DNA from: a virus
DNA: 38,673 nucleotides
Reading direction: 5' to 3' (one strand)
IMG/VR virus record: IMGVR_UViG_3300031673_006185
A program made the translations under genes and the position numbers. This document shows positions 24,741-35,948 of this stretch, piece after piece. The notes below the pieces were generated by a model. That model saw nothing but the letters and a program-made list of their open reading frames with translations. It had not been told where the DNA came from and made no database searches. The number at the start of each line of letters is the position of its first letter. The stretch's first letter is position 1.

Positions 24741-25761
24741 CAGTAAACTTACTCTTATTTTTGGAGTTATATTGGTGGCTCTTTTAATTGGGGCGGGAGT
24801 GGTTGGGTATTTCGCGTATAAATCTTTAACAGAAGATAATGCCAGATTAACTAATGAGGTGGTTCAGTTTAAGAAGTTAACGGAAGACTTGGTTAGAAGC
24901 AGTACTAAGTGGGCAACAAAACAGGACTTGGAAAACGATCTTAAAACCCTTATGACAAAAGAGGATTTGGCTACACTTCAGGCGGACCTGGACAAACTTG
25001 GATCGAAGCTTACGGCTGTTGGTAAAACTGTTGGCGAGGTTAAGCGTAAGGTGGCTTTGTTGGAGGCCAGTGATAGAGAGGGAACTGAGACCACTCCTCC
25101 TGCGGTTTGTAGAGAGACAGGAGATCCTATTGATGTTCATGGATATACTAAGAAGGTACAAATCAAAGAACTCAAGGACTCTAACGCGGCTCCAATCGCA
25201 AAGGCAGAGTTTGATGCCTCGAAAGAAAAGCCTTGGAATTATGAGGTTTATGGTAGGGAATATAGACTTACGACCGTTGTTGGTGAAAAAGACAGTGGTC
25301 AACTGACGTTCCACCATCAACTTAAGTATGCGGTTCCTTCTCAGGATCCAGAAAAGCAATATCCTGTGAGTATTATATCGTCAGATTATAGTCAGGTTCC
25401 TTTAAGTAGCAAATGGTTTTGGCTTAATCCACGCATAGATGCTAATTTTATAGTTGGTGGAATGGTATATAAGTTTGCTACTGGGCCTGGGCGGCCTGAT
25501 AATATATTATCTATGGGTGCTGATGTTGGCATATCCTTGTCATCTTATGGCGAGACAAAGGTAGATAGTTGGTTTAGATTGTTTAGATTTGGTTTAGGGT
25601 ATAATGTAGAGAGGCAAGCAGGCTCTTTTTCATTCGCTCCATTTGCTTTTAATGTGGGCAAGCCATTACCATTATTGACCAATTTATATCTCACTACGCA
25701 AGTTGCAATTGATACAGGTGGCGGAATTACAGTGAATCTTGGGATTGGGCCTCAATTTTAA
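24706..25761 (+). CDS. membrane-anchored coiled-coil protein with a beta-rich C-terminal domain ending in Phe (outer-membrane-protein-like)
   Basis: N-terminal TM or signal anchor (LTLIFGVILVALLIGAGVVGYFAY), then ~100 aa of heptad-like sequence, then alternating hydrophobic strands and a C-terminal ...GIGPQF. Confidence 0.45.
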   Translation: MSEQQIVVTSGNSKLTLIFGVILVALLIGAGVVGYFAYKSLTEDNARLTNEVVQFKKLTEDLVRSSTKWATKQDLENDLKTLMTKEDLATLQADLDKLGSKLTAVGKTVGEVKRKVALLEASDREGTETTPPAVCRETGDPIDVHGYTKKVQIKELKDSNAAPIAKAEFDASKEKPWNYEVYGREYRLTTVVGEKDSGQLTFHHQLKYAVPSQDPEKQYPVSIISSDYSQVPLSSKWFWLNPRIDANFIVGGMVYKFATGPGRPDNILSMGADVGISLSSYGETKVDSWFRLFRFGLGYNVERQAGSFSFAPFAFNVGKPLPLLTNLYLTTQVAIDTGGGITVNLGIGPQF

Positions 25762-25772
25762 TGAGGGCGGTT

Positions 25773-25901
25773 ATGAGAAAACTTACTATAAAACAAATAG
25801 CAGAGATAAGAAAATATCCTGGTTCTGTGAATTGGAATTATCTATCAAGATATCAAAAACACTATCCACTTAAGGAGCATTATAAATGGAAACACGATTA
25901 A
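25773..25901 (+). CDS. short ORF (42 aa) with the N-terminal module of the YQKLSEDFI-repeat family; a truncated paralog
   Basis: MRKLTIKQIAEIRKYPGSVNWNYLSRYQK matches MKKLTKKQLKDIRENPDNQKWDYISTYQK (38288) and MNQRQIKAIRKNPDDVNW (6509); RBS GAGGG. Confidence 0.4.
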   Translation: MRKLTIKQIAEIRKYPGSVNWNYLSRYQKHYPLKEHYKWKHD

Positions 25902-26071
25902 AAAGGCTTGACACTGGAACTTTTATTAAAGTAAATGATAAAACATATAGGTTATATATGGTGAGATTAATTTGGCCCGATGGTAAAAGTAAAGATTTTC
26001 AAAGTGAAGAGCACGCAAATGCCTTTCTTGAGCGTCGAGCCCCTAATTTTGTTGCGTTTGAAACACCATAA
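25886..26071 (+). CDS. hypothetical small protein (61 aa)
   Basis: Strong RBS TAAGGAG. Confidence 0.4.
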   Translation: METRLKRLDTGTFIKVNDKTYRLYMVRLIWPDGKSKDFQSEEHANAFLERRAPNFVAFETP

Positions 26072-26086
26072 AAGTTGAGAGGTTAG

Positions 26087-26638
26087 ATGATAACAATTAG
26101 CCAGGAAGCATATAGGTTTCTATTAGATTCTTATGAAAGTGCCGTAGAAGATTTTTTCGATGATCCTATTGGGTATTCGGATAGTGATCCTATACAACAA
26201 ACGTTTGATGAGCTTAAAAAACTTGGAGAAGAGTTGAATACGGATATGCTTGCGCTGGCACAGGCAGGTGATATAGATAGAATCAAAGAACATCTTCAAG
26301 AAGAAGAGGAAGATGGTGATGTTGAAAATATAAAAGATGTGATTCCATATTGGGAAGGGGTTCGTCGTAGACAAGCCGCTCAAGTGCCCAATAATACAGA
26401 AAAAGAAGAAGACCAAAGTATAATAGAAGAATTTAATCGTCTGTATGGAGAAAATCAAACTCCCAGTGAGCGACATCAATTCGCAATGAGCAAATGTACA
26501 AAAAAATATGTTCCGTCTGCATACAGACAATCGGATAACGATAATAAATCTATAGAAGAGAAGCTTAAGCAATTATCTGAAGCCCGCAGGTCTGAAACGA
26601 TCGGTGAATATACAACATATGAGATCAAGGAGGATTAA
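26087..26638 (+). CDS. hypothetical acidic protein (183 aa)
   Basis: RBS GAGAGG; Asp/Glu-rich. Confidence 0.45.
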   Translation: MITISQEAYRFLLDSYESAVEDFFDDPIGYSDSDPIQQTFDELKKLGEELNTDMLALAQAGDIDRIKEHLQEEEEDGDVENIKDVIPYWEGVRRRQAAQVPNNTEKEEDQSIIEEFNRLYGENQTPSERHQFAMSKCTKKYVPSAYRQSDNDNKSIEEKLKQLSEARRSETIGEYTTYEIKED

Positions 26639-27156
26639 TGGACGCACAGTGGATTACATTTTTTATTGTATTAATGCCCATTTGGTTGTTACAAAATGTG
26701 GTACATGAGTTATCTCATGGCCTTACAGTTAAACTTGGATGGGGCTGGACCTTTAAGATATGGCCATTTCCATCTAATAGGCTTGGGCGAACCACGCTTG
26801 CTTGTACTATATGGGAAAAGACTGCGACATCTAAGGACCCAGGTGATTCTGGTTGGGCATTGGTTTCTATAATGCCACGAATCACTAATATGGTGTTGAT
26901 ACTTCTATTGGCAATGTTGTTGGCTGTCTGTTCTAATGAAATTATCTCAATGATTTTCTTAGTATTTATGTGGGCAAACCTAATAGATTTTTGTGTAGGA
27001 ATACTATCTTCGTTAAGAAAACAAAATAAAAGTGATATATGGATGTTTAAAGAGTATCTTGGGATCCCAACCAATTACTTGAGATATTCCTGTGTTGGAT
27101 TTGCCATATACCAAACTATTGCTGTGGTTGTGACAACCTTAATAAAACTGTTATGA
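26638..27156 (+). CDS. membrane protein with an HExxH motif (putative intramembrane zinc metalloprotease)
   Basis: Strong RBS AAGGAGG; VVHELSHGL lies inside a TM helix; four or more TM segments. Confidence 0.4.
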   Translation: MDAQWITFFIVLMPIWLLQNVVHELSHGLTVKLGWGWTFKIWPFPSNRLGRTTLACTIWEKTATSKDPGDSGWALVSIMPRITNMVLILLLAMLLAVCSNEIISMIFLVFMWANLIDFCVGILSSLRKQNKSDIWMFKEYLGIPTNYLRYSCVGFAIYQTIAVVVTTLIKLL

Positions 27157-27884
27157 TTAAGATATTTAAGAAATATAGTTTAGAAAAAGATATGTGTGAC
27201 GAGCTTTCAGCTCATATGAAAGATAGTGGCTGGATTGTATATCCGGAACAAGGTGGTTGGGATCTATTGTTGGTTCGTAGAAATATACAGATTGGGGTTC
27301 AAGCAAAACTTAGACCAACCATCAAATTGTTGTCCCAGGCTTTAATTTCTGAACAAGTATCTGGACCTCATTATCGAGCAGTTGCAGTTGGAAATAGCCA
27401 AGAGGAAGAGAAAGAAGATTTCGCAAAGATATCTATGGCTTTAAGGCTTATCTACATAGATATGGGCATTCATCCAGATTATTGGTTTTATAAAGCTACA
27501 CAAAGAGTATCATTAAAATACTACAGGCATTTTCCTAATAACATTGTATGGACTCCGCCATATGTGCCAGAGTTAGATGCGGGCATTCCATCTCCTAAAA
27601 CAGTAAGTCCATGGAAAATAGCCGCCATAAAGATGGAATTAATAGCAGAAACAAAGGGATGGGTATCTATTATAGATGCCAGAGAGGTGGTGAGACAAGA
27701 AGTACCTATAGAAAAAAAGGGAAGTTATCCGCGTACATTATTACAATCATTTTTTGTTCGCACAAAAGAAAAAGATCCTCGAAATACGAGGTGCAGTAAA
27801 TGGGTTATGGGGCGGAAACGCTACAGACCATCAGACAAATTTAAAGATGTTTTTGAAGCTTTGAAAGGAAAGAAAAATGCGTGA
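27153..27884 (+). CDS. hypothetical protein (243 aa)
   Basis: ATGA coupling to the upstream gene. The segment GWDLLLV...IQIGVQAKL is weakly reminiscent of a PD-(D/E)xK nuclease, which I do not count as supported. Confidence 0.4.
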   Translation: MIKIFKKYSLEKDMCDELSAHMKDSGWIVYPEQGGWDLLLVRRNIQIGVQAKLRPTIKLLSQALISEQVSGPHYRAVAVGNSQEEEKEDFAKISMALRLIYIDMGIHPDYWFYKATQRVSLKYYRHFPNNIVWTPPYVPELDAGIPSPKTVSPWKIAAIKMELIAETKGWVSIIDAREVVRQEVPIEKKGSYPRTLLQSFFVRTKEKDPRNTRCSKWVMGRKRYRPSDKFKDVFEALKGKKNA

Positions 27885-28428
27885 AATTAATTGGAACGAG
27901 AAGAGTGGAAGTTATATATATAGAGAAGATAGAACTGGTTTTGCCGATCGGTTTATACCTAAGCTGTTTGACTTTAGTAATTCGCTCTGTCGTTATGTGC
28001 TCACGTCATTAACTGATTTTGCTTTTGGGCATTATAGTATTGGTGAGGGCTACGCAACTATTGGTGGTGGTAGAATTGGTAATAAATTATATTATGGAGT
28101 TTCTTTTTGTTCTCCAGAGGATAATTTCTCCAAGAAACTTGGCATACTATACGCGAAACACAATCTTGCCGGTGACCAAAGCGGTCATATGCGTGGAGTT
28201 TTCATTATTAGTGATGAAATTTCTGACGAGCCTCCGACTATTATACTTCAAAAAGCTGTAGCATCTCATCTTGATAAGATGAGGCGTGGCCGCAGGCCGC
28301 AATGGGCTAAGAATCAGCATGTTGAGTTTCGGGGTCGGCCTAAGATCAAGACTACTCCCAAAGTTCGACGTGAGGTTTTAAGTGATGAGGAGTCTTCACA
28401 TCTTCCATCTTCAACATTTACTTTCTAA
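27877..28428 (+). CDS. hypothetical protein (183 aa) with a basic C-terminus
   Basis: ORF with an RBS-like AAAGGAAAG. Confidence 0.4.
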   Translation: MREINWNEKSGSYIYREDRTGFADRFIPKLFDFSNSLCRYVLTSLTDFAFGHYSIGEGYATIGGGRIGNKLYYGVSFCSPEDNFSKKLGILYAKHNLAGDQSGHMRGVFIISDEISDEPPTIILQKAVASHLDKMRRGRRPQWAKNQHVEFRGRPKIKTTPKVRREVLSDEESSHLPSSTFTF

Positions 28429-28437
28429 GGAGTAATT

Positions 28438-28713
28438 ATGGAAGTTAAAGATCTTGTACGTGGAGATATGGTTATGGCTATAAAGCATCTTGATGTGAAA
28501 GGAGCAAATGTTCGCACTGGTACTATTGGCGTGGTATTTGAGGAGGTCAATGCCTATAAAGATGGTGGCGGCCCTATGGTTCGTTGGATGAATTGCGGAG
28601 TATGTAATGTATATCAAGGTGATGTTATTAATGTTCCATTATTCAAATACGAAATAATGGATGAGGAAACGGGAGAGATTTTGCACAACTCTAAGAGTCC
28701 ATATACGGGATAG
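28438..28713 (+). CDS. hypothetical protein (91 aa)
   Basis: Strong RBS TAAGGAG. Confidence 0.45.
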   Translation: MEVKDLVRGDMVMAIKHLDVKGANVRTGTIGVVFEEVNAYKDGGGPMVRWMNCGVCNVYQGDVINVPLFKYEIMDEETGEILHNSKSPYTG

Positions 28714-28736
28714 GACTTTTTATTGGGAGGCACAAT

Positions 28737-28765
28737 GGGGGCGGATTTCCCGCCCCCATTTTTAT
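28737..28765 (+). terminator. rho-independent terminator
   Basis: GGGGGCGG-ATTTC-CCGCCCCC forms an 8-bp stem, followed by ATTTTTAT. The stem is nearly the same as the terminator at 4715. Confidence 0.75.
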
Positions 28766-28873
28766 CTTGTTGAAATCATTAATGAATCTCTAAATAAGAA
28801 AAGCTCTCTATCAATTGTTAGGCATTATAGTAGGACGCCTAAAATGAAGACTTTCTTATTTGGAGGTTTGGAT

Positions 28874-29302
28874 ATGACAAAGCCTTGTGTTAATGGAAAA
28901 AACATAAAGATTTCAAGGGTTTTTTCTAGAATAGTAAGGCGACTTCCTTCTACTTACCCTAAAGCATTACTTGTAATACACCCAAGTCTTAGGAAATTAG
29001 AATCATACTTTTGGGAAACAGGTGGTACTGCCCTTGATCCAGGTGATCCAGGACACCCTCCGTTTGCTTATTGTGATGGAGAAGACAACTCCATTCATGT
29101 TGCGTCTATATTAAACAAAGATTCTGCGCGTCAAATCTCATGGTATTTATTACATGAAATAGGACACCTACAAGCACTTCGAAGGTACGGCGACGATGAT
29201 TCTCGTTGGGATGATTATCGAACTGCCGAGCGCTATGCGAACAGGTTCGCTAATAGATGGTGCAATAAACTAAAGGAGGAAGGTTTTTTCAAAACAATAT
29301 GA
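28874..29302 (+). CDS. putative small zinc metallopeptidase (HExxH)
   Basis: WYLLHEIGHLQALRRYGDDD; ATG at 28874 with GGAGG at -8. The longer ORF from 28661 runs through the terminator and is rejected. Confidence 0.4.
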   Translation: MTKPCVNGKNIKISRVFSRIVRRLPSTYPKALLVIHPSLRKLESYFWETGGTALDPGDPGHPPFAYCDGEDNSIHVASILNKDSARQISWYLLHEIGHLQALRRYGDDDSRWDDYRTAERYANRFANRWCNKLKEEGFFKTI

Positions 29303-29970
29303 AAACATTGAACAAAATTGGACTTTGCCTTTTGATGTGTATGACACTAAGTTGTGCTACAGTTCAAAAAGAAGGGTCGGTCAAACCAGAAATTCATAAT
29401 ATTTATCAGTCTAGTGTGACGGTGACGGACGATGGTGGCAGAACGGTTGGTAGTGGTACAATAATCCACAATGGAATTAATCAGTATATGTTTGTACTCA
29501 CTGCTGCCCATGTTGTAGAAGCCTTGCTTGAGAAAGATAAAGTTCCATGTGTTACAACTGCTTTTGATTCTAAAATTTATGCTATGAAGGTCTATAAGAT
29601 TGATGCCCAACGCGATCTTGCTATTCTATCCAGTATAAATAAAATGGAAAGGGTAGGGCCATCTACTAGAGTTTCTTTATATGGCCCAAATATCGGAGAT
29701 GATGTTTGGGTAATTGGTGCTCCGCTAGGTGACGAGAGAACGGTTACGAATGGTATAATAAGTAACTTCAAGGTTATGGATGGAAAAAAACTATATAGAA
29801 CAACCGCTCCGACTTTCTATGGAAACTCTGGTGGTGGAATGTTTAATCGCGATGGCAACCTTATTGGTGTTGCACATGGGATTTTGCGGGTTCAAATGGG
29901 ATTCTCAATTACACATGTGCCAGGCGGTTATTTTTTTGTAGGTTTAGAATCTATAAGAGAATTTATGTAA
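29299..29970 (+). CDS. secreted trypsin-like (S1 family) serine protease
   Basis: Signal peptide (LCLLMCMTLSCA), with the catalytic-triad contexts TAAHVV (His), DLAIL (Asp) and GNSGGGMF (Ser). Confidence 0.7.
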   Translation: MKTLNKIGLCLLMCMTLSCATVQKEGSVKPEIHNIYQSSVTVTDDGGRTVGSGTIIHNGINQYMFVLTAAHVVEALLEKDKVPCVTTAFDSKIYAMKVYKIDAQRDLAILSSINKMERVGPSTRVSLYGPNIGDDVWVIGAPLGDERTVTNGIISNFKVMDGKKLYRTTAPTFYGNSGGGMFNRDGNLIGVAHGILRVQMGFSITHVPGGYFFVGLESIREFM

Positions 29971-29995
29971 ACATCTACAGTTTAGATTTTTAAAA

Positions 29996-30025
29996 TAAGG
30001 CTCTTTACGGGGCCTTATTTTTTAT
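29996..30025 (+). terminator. probable intrinsic terminator
   Basis: TAAGGC...GCCTTA short stem, followed by TTTTTTATT. Confidence 0.4.
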
Positions 30026-30073
30026 TACTAGACATTTAATAATAGTAGGTTTATATTAAGAACGAGGTAGAAA

Positions 30074-30295
30074 ATGTCGAAAGTGTTTTGTAATAGGTGT
30101 AAATATTATAAAGATCTTTGGGATTGGGGTATGGCACCACAATGTGTTAGTCCCAATAACGTAGTAAAATGTGATACTTATTTTCGGTCATCAGCAAAAA
30201 CAACATATCTTCTAGCATTAGCAGAAAAAAATGCTCACAATAATTGTTTATCATATGAGCCCAAATGGTGGGTTAAATTGTTTTGTCGAAAATAA
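30074..30295 (+). CDS. small Cys-rich protein (73 aa)
   Basis: RBS GAGGT; CNRCKYYKD...CVSPNNVVKCD. Confidence 0.4.
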   Translation: MSKVFCNRCKYYKDLWDWGMAPQCVSPNNVVKCDTYFRSSAKTTYLLALAEKNAHNNCLSYEPKWWVKLFCRK

Positions 30296-30341
30296 ATGTC
30301 GATTTTTTCTGAAACTAAAGACTTAAGAAATAGTGAATAAA

Positions 30342-32458
<2,117 letters not shown>

Positions 32459-32481
32459 TAACAATTAAACATAAATAATGT

Positions 32482-32512
32482 GCCCAGTTATCTTATCGAT
32501 AGCTGGGCATCT
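32482..32512 (+). terminator. terminator-like hairpin abutting the next start codon (possible attenuator)
   Basis: GCCCAGTTATC...GATAGCTGGGC forms an 11-bp stem with one mismatch, followed by ATCTTTA. Confidence 0.35.
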
Positions 32513-32514
32513 TT

Positions 32515-33534
32515 ATGGAGAGACACATGGAAGAAAGACAGCAACTTGTTAATCTACTGTTGACGAGCTTTGGAGTTGATTTATATCCAAAATCTGATGG
32601 GCGAATAGAAATTCCAAAGTATATGATTACTACTGCGGGCTGGGACTCTTATGATAAGGTCTATATGTCCAGTGACTTACAGGGAAATCTTTATATTTCT
32701 TCAGATTCAACGTCCTTTTCTGGAGGCGTGACGATATCTGTAGCAGTTTCCCATGGAAGACTTCGGATACCCGTAGGATTTTTGAAGCGAATTGGAATAC
32801 ATAATAGAAATCTGGTTGCTGTATATGATATGAACTCCACACTTCATCTAAGACCAGATAATTCTGAATCTGAAGAAGCTTTGGTGGAGTTTGTCAATGA
32901 GCTTAATGAAAAAGATGCTATTTTGCTAGCAAACATCTTGATGGGACGAGCTGTACTTGACAACTATATTCCGAATATGGAAATTGTTAGGGTATCTGTC
33001 AACCAAAAGCCTCTTCCAGAAGCCGAGATGTTTTTATTGGAAGCTAACGAACAGCGTTCTTTTATGTTTCGTCCAATTGGGAATCCATATAAATTCAAAT
33101 GTTGTTGGGTAGATAAGGTTCCACATTTAGCTTATGAGAATAACGACAATGCGACTATGTTATATGTAATTCCTGGTATTAAACGAATCAAGAAAAACGA
33201 TGGTGGAACCGTGCCAGGGTTTCTTATAATAGATGAAACAACTTTTGGAAAGATTTGTTATGTCGTAAAGAAAAAAGGCGACGACACGGCTATTGGCAAG
33301 GATCTTATTTTTATGTTTAGTCCGAGAGTTAGAATTGGATCATTCAAGGTATTTGAAAATCCCAAGGAAGATTTAGATCCAAAGATTATAGAAGAGGCTA
33401 AGCAAGTATGTGCCAATCCAGAAAGATTTCTTTCAAGTAATTTTAGTTTGTTCAAATCTGGTAATTGTGATCTTCCACCGACCACAATTACGGTTAACAC
33501 AATAGGTAAAATAAACAAAAGGGAGCAAGCGTAA
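32515..33534 (+). CDS. hypothetical protein (339 aa) with a possible AbrB/MazE-like swapped-hairpin segment
   Basis: SHGRLRIPVGFLKRIGIHNRNLVAVYD resembles AbrB GRVVIPIELRRTLGIAEKDALEIY. Confidence 0.4.
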   Translation: MERHMEERQQLVNLLLTSFGVDLYPKSDGRIEIPKYMITTAGWDSYDKVYMSSDLQGNLYISSDSTSFSGGVTISVAVSHGRLRIPVGFLKRIGIHNRNLVAVYDMNSTLHLRPDNSESEEALVEFVNELNEKDAILLANILMGRAVLDNYIPNMEIVRVSVNQKPLPEAEMFLLEANEQRSFMFRPIGNPYKFKCCWVDKVPHLAYENNDNATMLYVIPGIKRIKKNDGGTVPGFLIIDETTFGKICYVVKKKGDDTAIGKDLIFMFSPRVRIGSFKVFENPKEDLDPKIIEEAKQVCANPERFLSSNFSLFKSGNCDLPPTTITVNTIGKINKREQA

Positions 33535-33537
33535 AAA

Positions 33538-34059
33538 ATGCAAGACGAAAAGCAGACAAGAATTAACAAGAATATCAAAGCTAAAACAGTGCTATTAATT
33601 GATGAAGAGGGTAATAATATTGGTCATGTTAACTTTTTAAAAGCACTTGCTATGGCAACGGATTCTGGATTAGATTTGGTAGAAGTTAGTTCTGGCAAAG
33701 ATGTGCCTGTTTGCAGGATAATGGACTATGGCAGGTGGCGTTATGAGCAGTCAAAACGCACTAAGAAAAATAAAAACCAGAATAAGACTCAAGGAAACAA
33801 GGAGATAAAGTTTCGTCCCAATACTGGAGAAAACGATTTGATTTATAGGGCGAAGCAGTTAGATGGTTTTATTAAAGAGGGATATAGAGTAAAACTATGT
33901 GTGCGGTTTAGGGGAAGAGAAATTGAGCACATGTATAATACCGGCAGAGATTTATTGGAACGATTTCTTAGTTTCATTACTGTTGGTTATAAAATGATTG
34001 GTACTGCTGTTGTAGAAGGTAAGACCATCTCTCAATGGTTAGGTCCGGAAAATGAGTAA
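33538..34059 (+). CDS. infC: translation initiation factor IF-3
   Basis: VCRIMDYGRWRYEQSKRTKK, EIKFRP, CVRFRGREIEHM; collinear with IF3 N- and C-domains; RBS GGGAG. Confidence 0.88.
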   Translation: MQDEKQTRINKNIKAKTVLLIDEEGNNIGHVNFLKALAMATDSGLDLVEVSSGKDVPVCRIMDYGRWRYEQSKRTKKNKNQNKTQGNKEIKFRPNTGENDLIYRAKQLDGFIKEGYRVKLCVRFRGREIEHMYNTGRDLLERFLSFITVGYKMIGTAVVEGKTISQWLGPENE

Positions 34060-34570
34060 AATAGTTACTGATTTGGAAATACTTAGAGCATCTAATGGCA
34101 CTGTTTCTTTACAAGAATCTAAACAGATCATTAACGATCTTGACATTGCTCTACAAAACTCTACCATGTCTGGACTTGGTTTGGCCGCTCCTCAAATTGG
34201 AATTAACAAACGGGTAGCCATTGTAAGAGCTTATGGTGAACTTATTAATCTTGTGAACCCAGTTATTATTGAAAAAGAAGATGGTTTTATAAATACTAAT
34301 GAGGGATGTTTGAGTATCCCTGGAACATTTGTAAATACTCAAAGATATAAAGAGATTTTTATAAAGGATGATCTACATCCCGATGGTGTAGTTGCTGTTG
34401 GCGATGTGGCTGTAGTGATGCAGCACGAAATAGATCACTTAGATGGGATACTTATGATTGATCGCGCTATTGGAAAGGGAAAGATTGGGCGCAATGAGAA
34501 GTGTCCATGCGGTAAAGTAGTAAATGGTAAGCCAGTGAAATATAAAAAATGCCACGGCAAAAACTATTAA
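34052..34570 (+). CDS. def: peptide deformylase with a C-terminal SEC-C-type zinc motif
   Basis: PDF motifs GLGLAAPQIG, EGCLSIPG and QHEIDHLDG; C-terminal tail NEKCPCGKVVNGKPVKYKKCHG (the SecA-C-terminal / YchJ-like CPCG...KKC motif). Confidence 0.85.
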   Translation: MSKIVTDLEILRASNGTVSLQESKQIINDLDIALQNSTMSGLGLAAPQIGINKRVAIVRAYGELINLVNPVIIEKEDGFINTNEGCLSIPGTFVNTQRYKEIFIKDDLHPDGVVAVGDVAVVMQHEIDHLDGILMIDRAIGKGKIGRNEKCPCGKVVNGKPVKYKKCHGKNY

Positions 34571-34606
34571 TATCGTGACATTCCTCTGTAAAATGGAGGA
34601 ATTATC

Positions 34607-35179
34607 ATGGTTAATAGAGATTTACAGGGAAAATTTGTAAGAAAGTCTTCTACTATTATTTGTTTGATGGAAGGTTGTGGCAGAAGAGTTAGAAACACAA
34701 GCGGCTTTTGTTCACGACACGTAGACTGGTCTAAATATGCTCATGCGAGTTCTGTACTAACAAATGAAGATGTTGTTTTCCTAAGTGAAAACTATAAGTT
34801 ACTTTCTGATCATGAGATTGCTAGAGCTTTAATTTCTAGGCCCTGGCATTGTGGCCATTCTGAAAAACAGATGTTAAATTCTGTAAGACATCACAGAAGA
34901 AAATATTTATCTCATAGATATAACGGCAAGTTTTATTACAAATCTATTAAATCTGATTACGCAGGATCACATACATTTTGTGAAATGTGTGGATGGTGTG
35001 AAGATACTTGTGATGTACATCATATCTTTCAAGAAAAATATTTTATAGATAAAACTAATTATCACTTGGAATCAAATCTTATCTCTCTGTGCCCCAACCA
35101 TCACAGAGTTTTAGAGTCTATTCGCAGGAATAATATATCTAGATATAAAAGTATAGTTACAAAAATAAGGGAGAAATAA
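34607..35179 (+). CDS. HNH endonuclease
   Basis: CEMCGWCEDTCDVHHI...NLISLCPNHHRVLE; RBS GGAGG. Confidence 0.6.
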   Translation: MVNRDLQGKFVRKSSTIICLMEGCGRRVRNTSGFCSRHVDWSKYAHASSVLTNEDVVFLSENYKLLSDHEIARALISRPWHCGHSEKQMLNSVRHHRRKYLSHRYNGKFYYKSIKSDYAGSHTFCEMCGWCEDTCDVHHIFQEKYFIDKTNYHLESNLISLCPNHHRVLESIRRNNISRYKSIVTKIREK

Positions 35180-35183
35180 CGAT

Positions 35184-35531
35184 ATGGGAAAAGACCGAAG
35201 AACATTATCTATAAAAGAATTATCAGGTGCTGAGAGTGTAACCATAGAATCGGAGCGCCTGCCGCAGTATGTTATTAAGCAGCCAGATTTTAGTTGTCCT
35301 CTATCACCACAGATTATGTGGCATGTTGGTTTACAATATGCCACCTGTCCAATCGTTGATACCGAAAGAGATATGCCAGAATGTGCAAGATGTAAATGTA
35401 GAGGTGATAGTAAATTCAAAGCAAAGTCTAATAAAAAACCAAGGCCACGCCACAAAAAGTCTAATGTAAGGGTAGAAAAAGCGTCTAATGATTCTACTCC
35501 AAAGATAGGAAAAACATACGTTTCTGAATAA
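35184..35531 (+). CDS. hypothetical Cys-containing basic protein (115 aa)
   Basis: ORF; C-terminal KKPRPRHKK. Confidence 0.4.
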   Translation: MGKDRRTLSIKELSGAESVTIESERLPQYVIKQPDFSCPLSPQIMWHVGLQYATCPIVDTERDMPECARCKCRGDSKFKAKSNKKPRPRHKKSNVRVEKASNDSTPKIGKTYVSE

Positions 35532-35642
35532 TATCTCTCCTCATATAAATAGCTAATTTCTTTAGCAAAAAATATAGTTTCTTTCTACTAATATAAAAGT
35601 AAATAGTCTGTGTACTAATGTTTCTTTTGGAGGATGTTCATA

Positions 35643-35936
35643 ATGGAGTCTCGTTCTGTTGGTCATACCAAGCTTATGAAGTTTTGGGCAGAGTGGTGCG
35701 CGCCCTGTAGATTTATGTCGCCAGTAGTAGAAGGTGTTTTGGAAGATAGTTTATACTCAGATGTTGAACTTATTAGTGTTAATATAGATGATGAAATCGG
35801 CCAAGAAGCCGCCAAGGAATTTAGTATTCGTAGTATTCCTACTCTTGTTCTTTTAAACGATAAAGATCAAGTGGTGAGTACGTTAATTGGAACTGCGAGT
35901 GCTGATCAATTGCGAGAATTTCTCTCAAAAAGATAA
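35643..35936 (+). CDS. trxA: thioredoxin (variant CAPC active site)
   Basis: FWAEWCAPCR at the canonical position, then IRSIPTLVL (cis-Pro region); ATG at 35643, 9 nt after GGAGG. Confidence 0.75.
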   Translation: MESRSVGHTKLMKFWAEWCAPCRFMSPVVEGVLEDSLYSDVELISVNIDDEIGQEAAKEFSIRSIPTLVLLNDKDQVVSTLIGTASADQLREFLSKR

Positions 35937-35948
35937 CTGGAGAATAAA

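Noticed and set aside
27153-27884. A PD-(D/E)xK nuclease call for the 243-aa ORF, from GWDLLLV...IQIGVQAKL.
   Set aside because: The putative catalytic E is a Q and the spacing is atypical, which is too weak to report as a nuclease.
28661-28873. A long 5' extension of the HExxH ORF starting at 28661.
   Set aside because: The extension reads through a strong intrinsic terminator (28737-28765) and overlaps the preceding gene. The internal ATG at 28874 has a GGAGG RBS.
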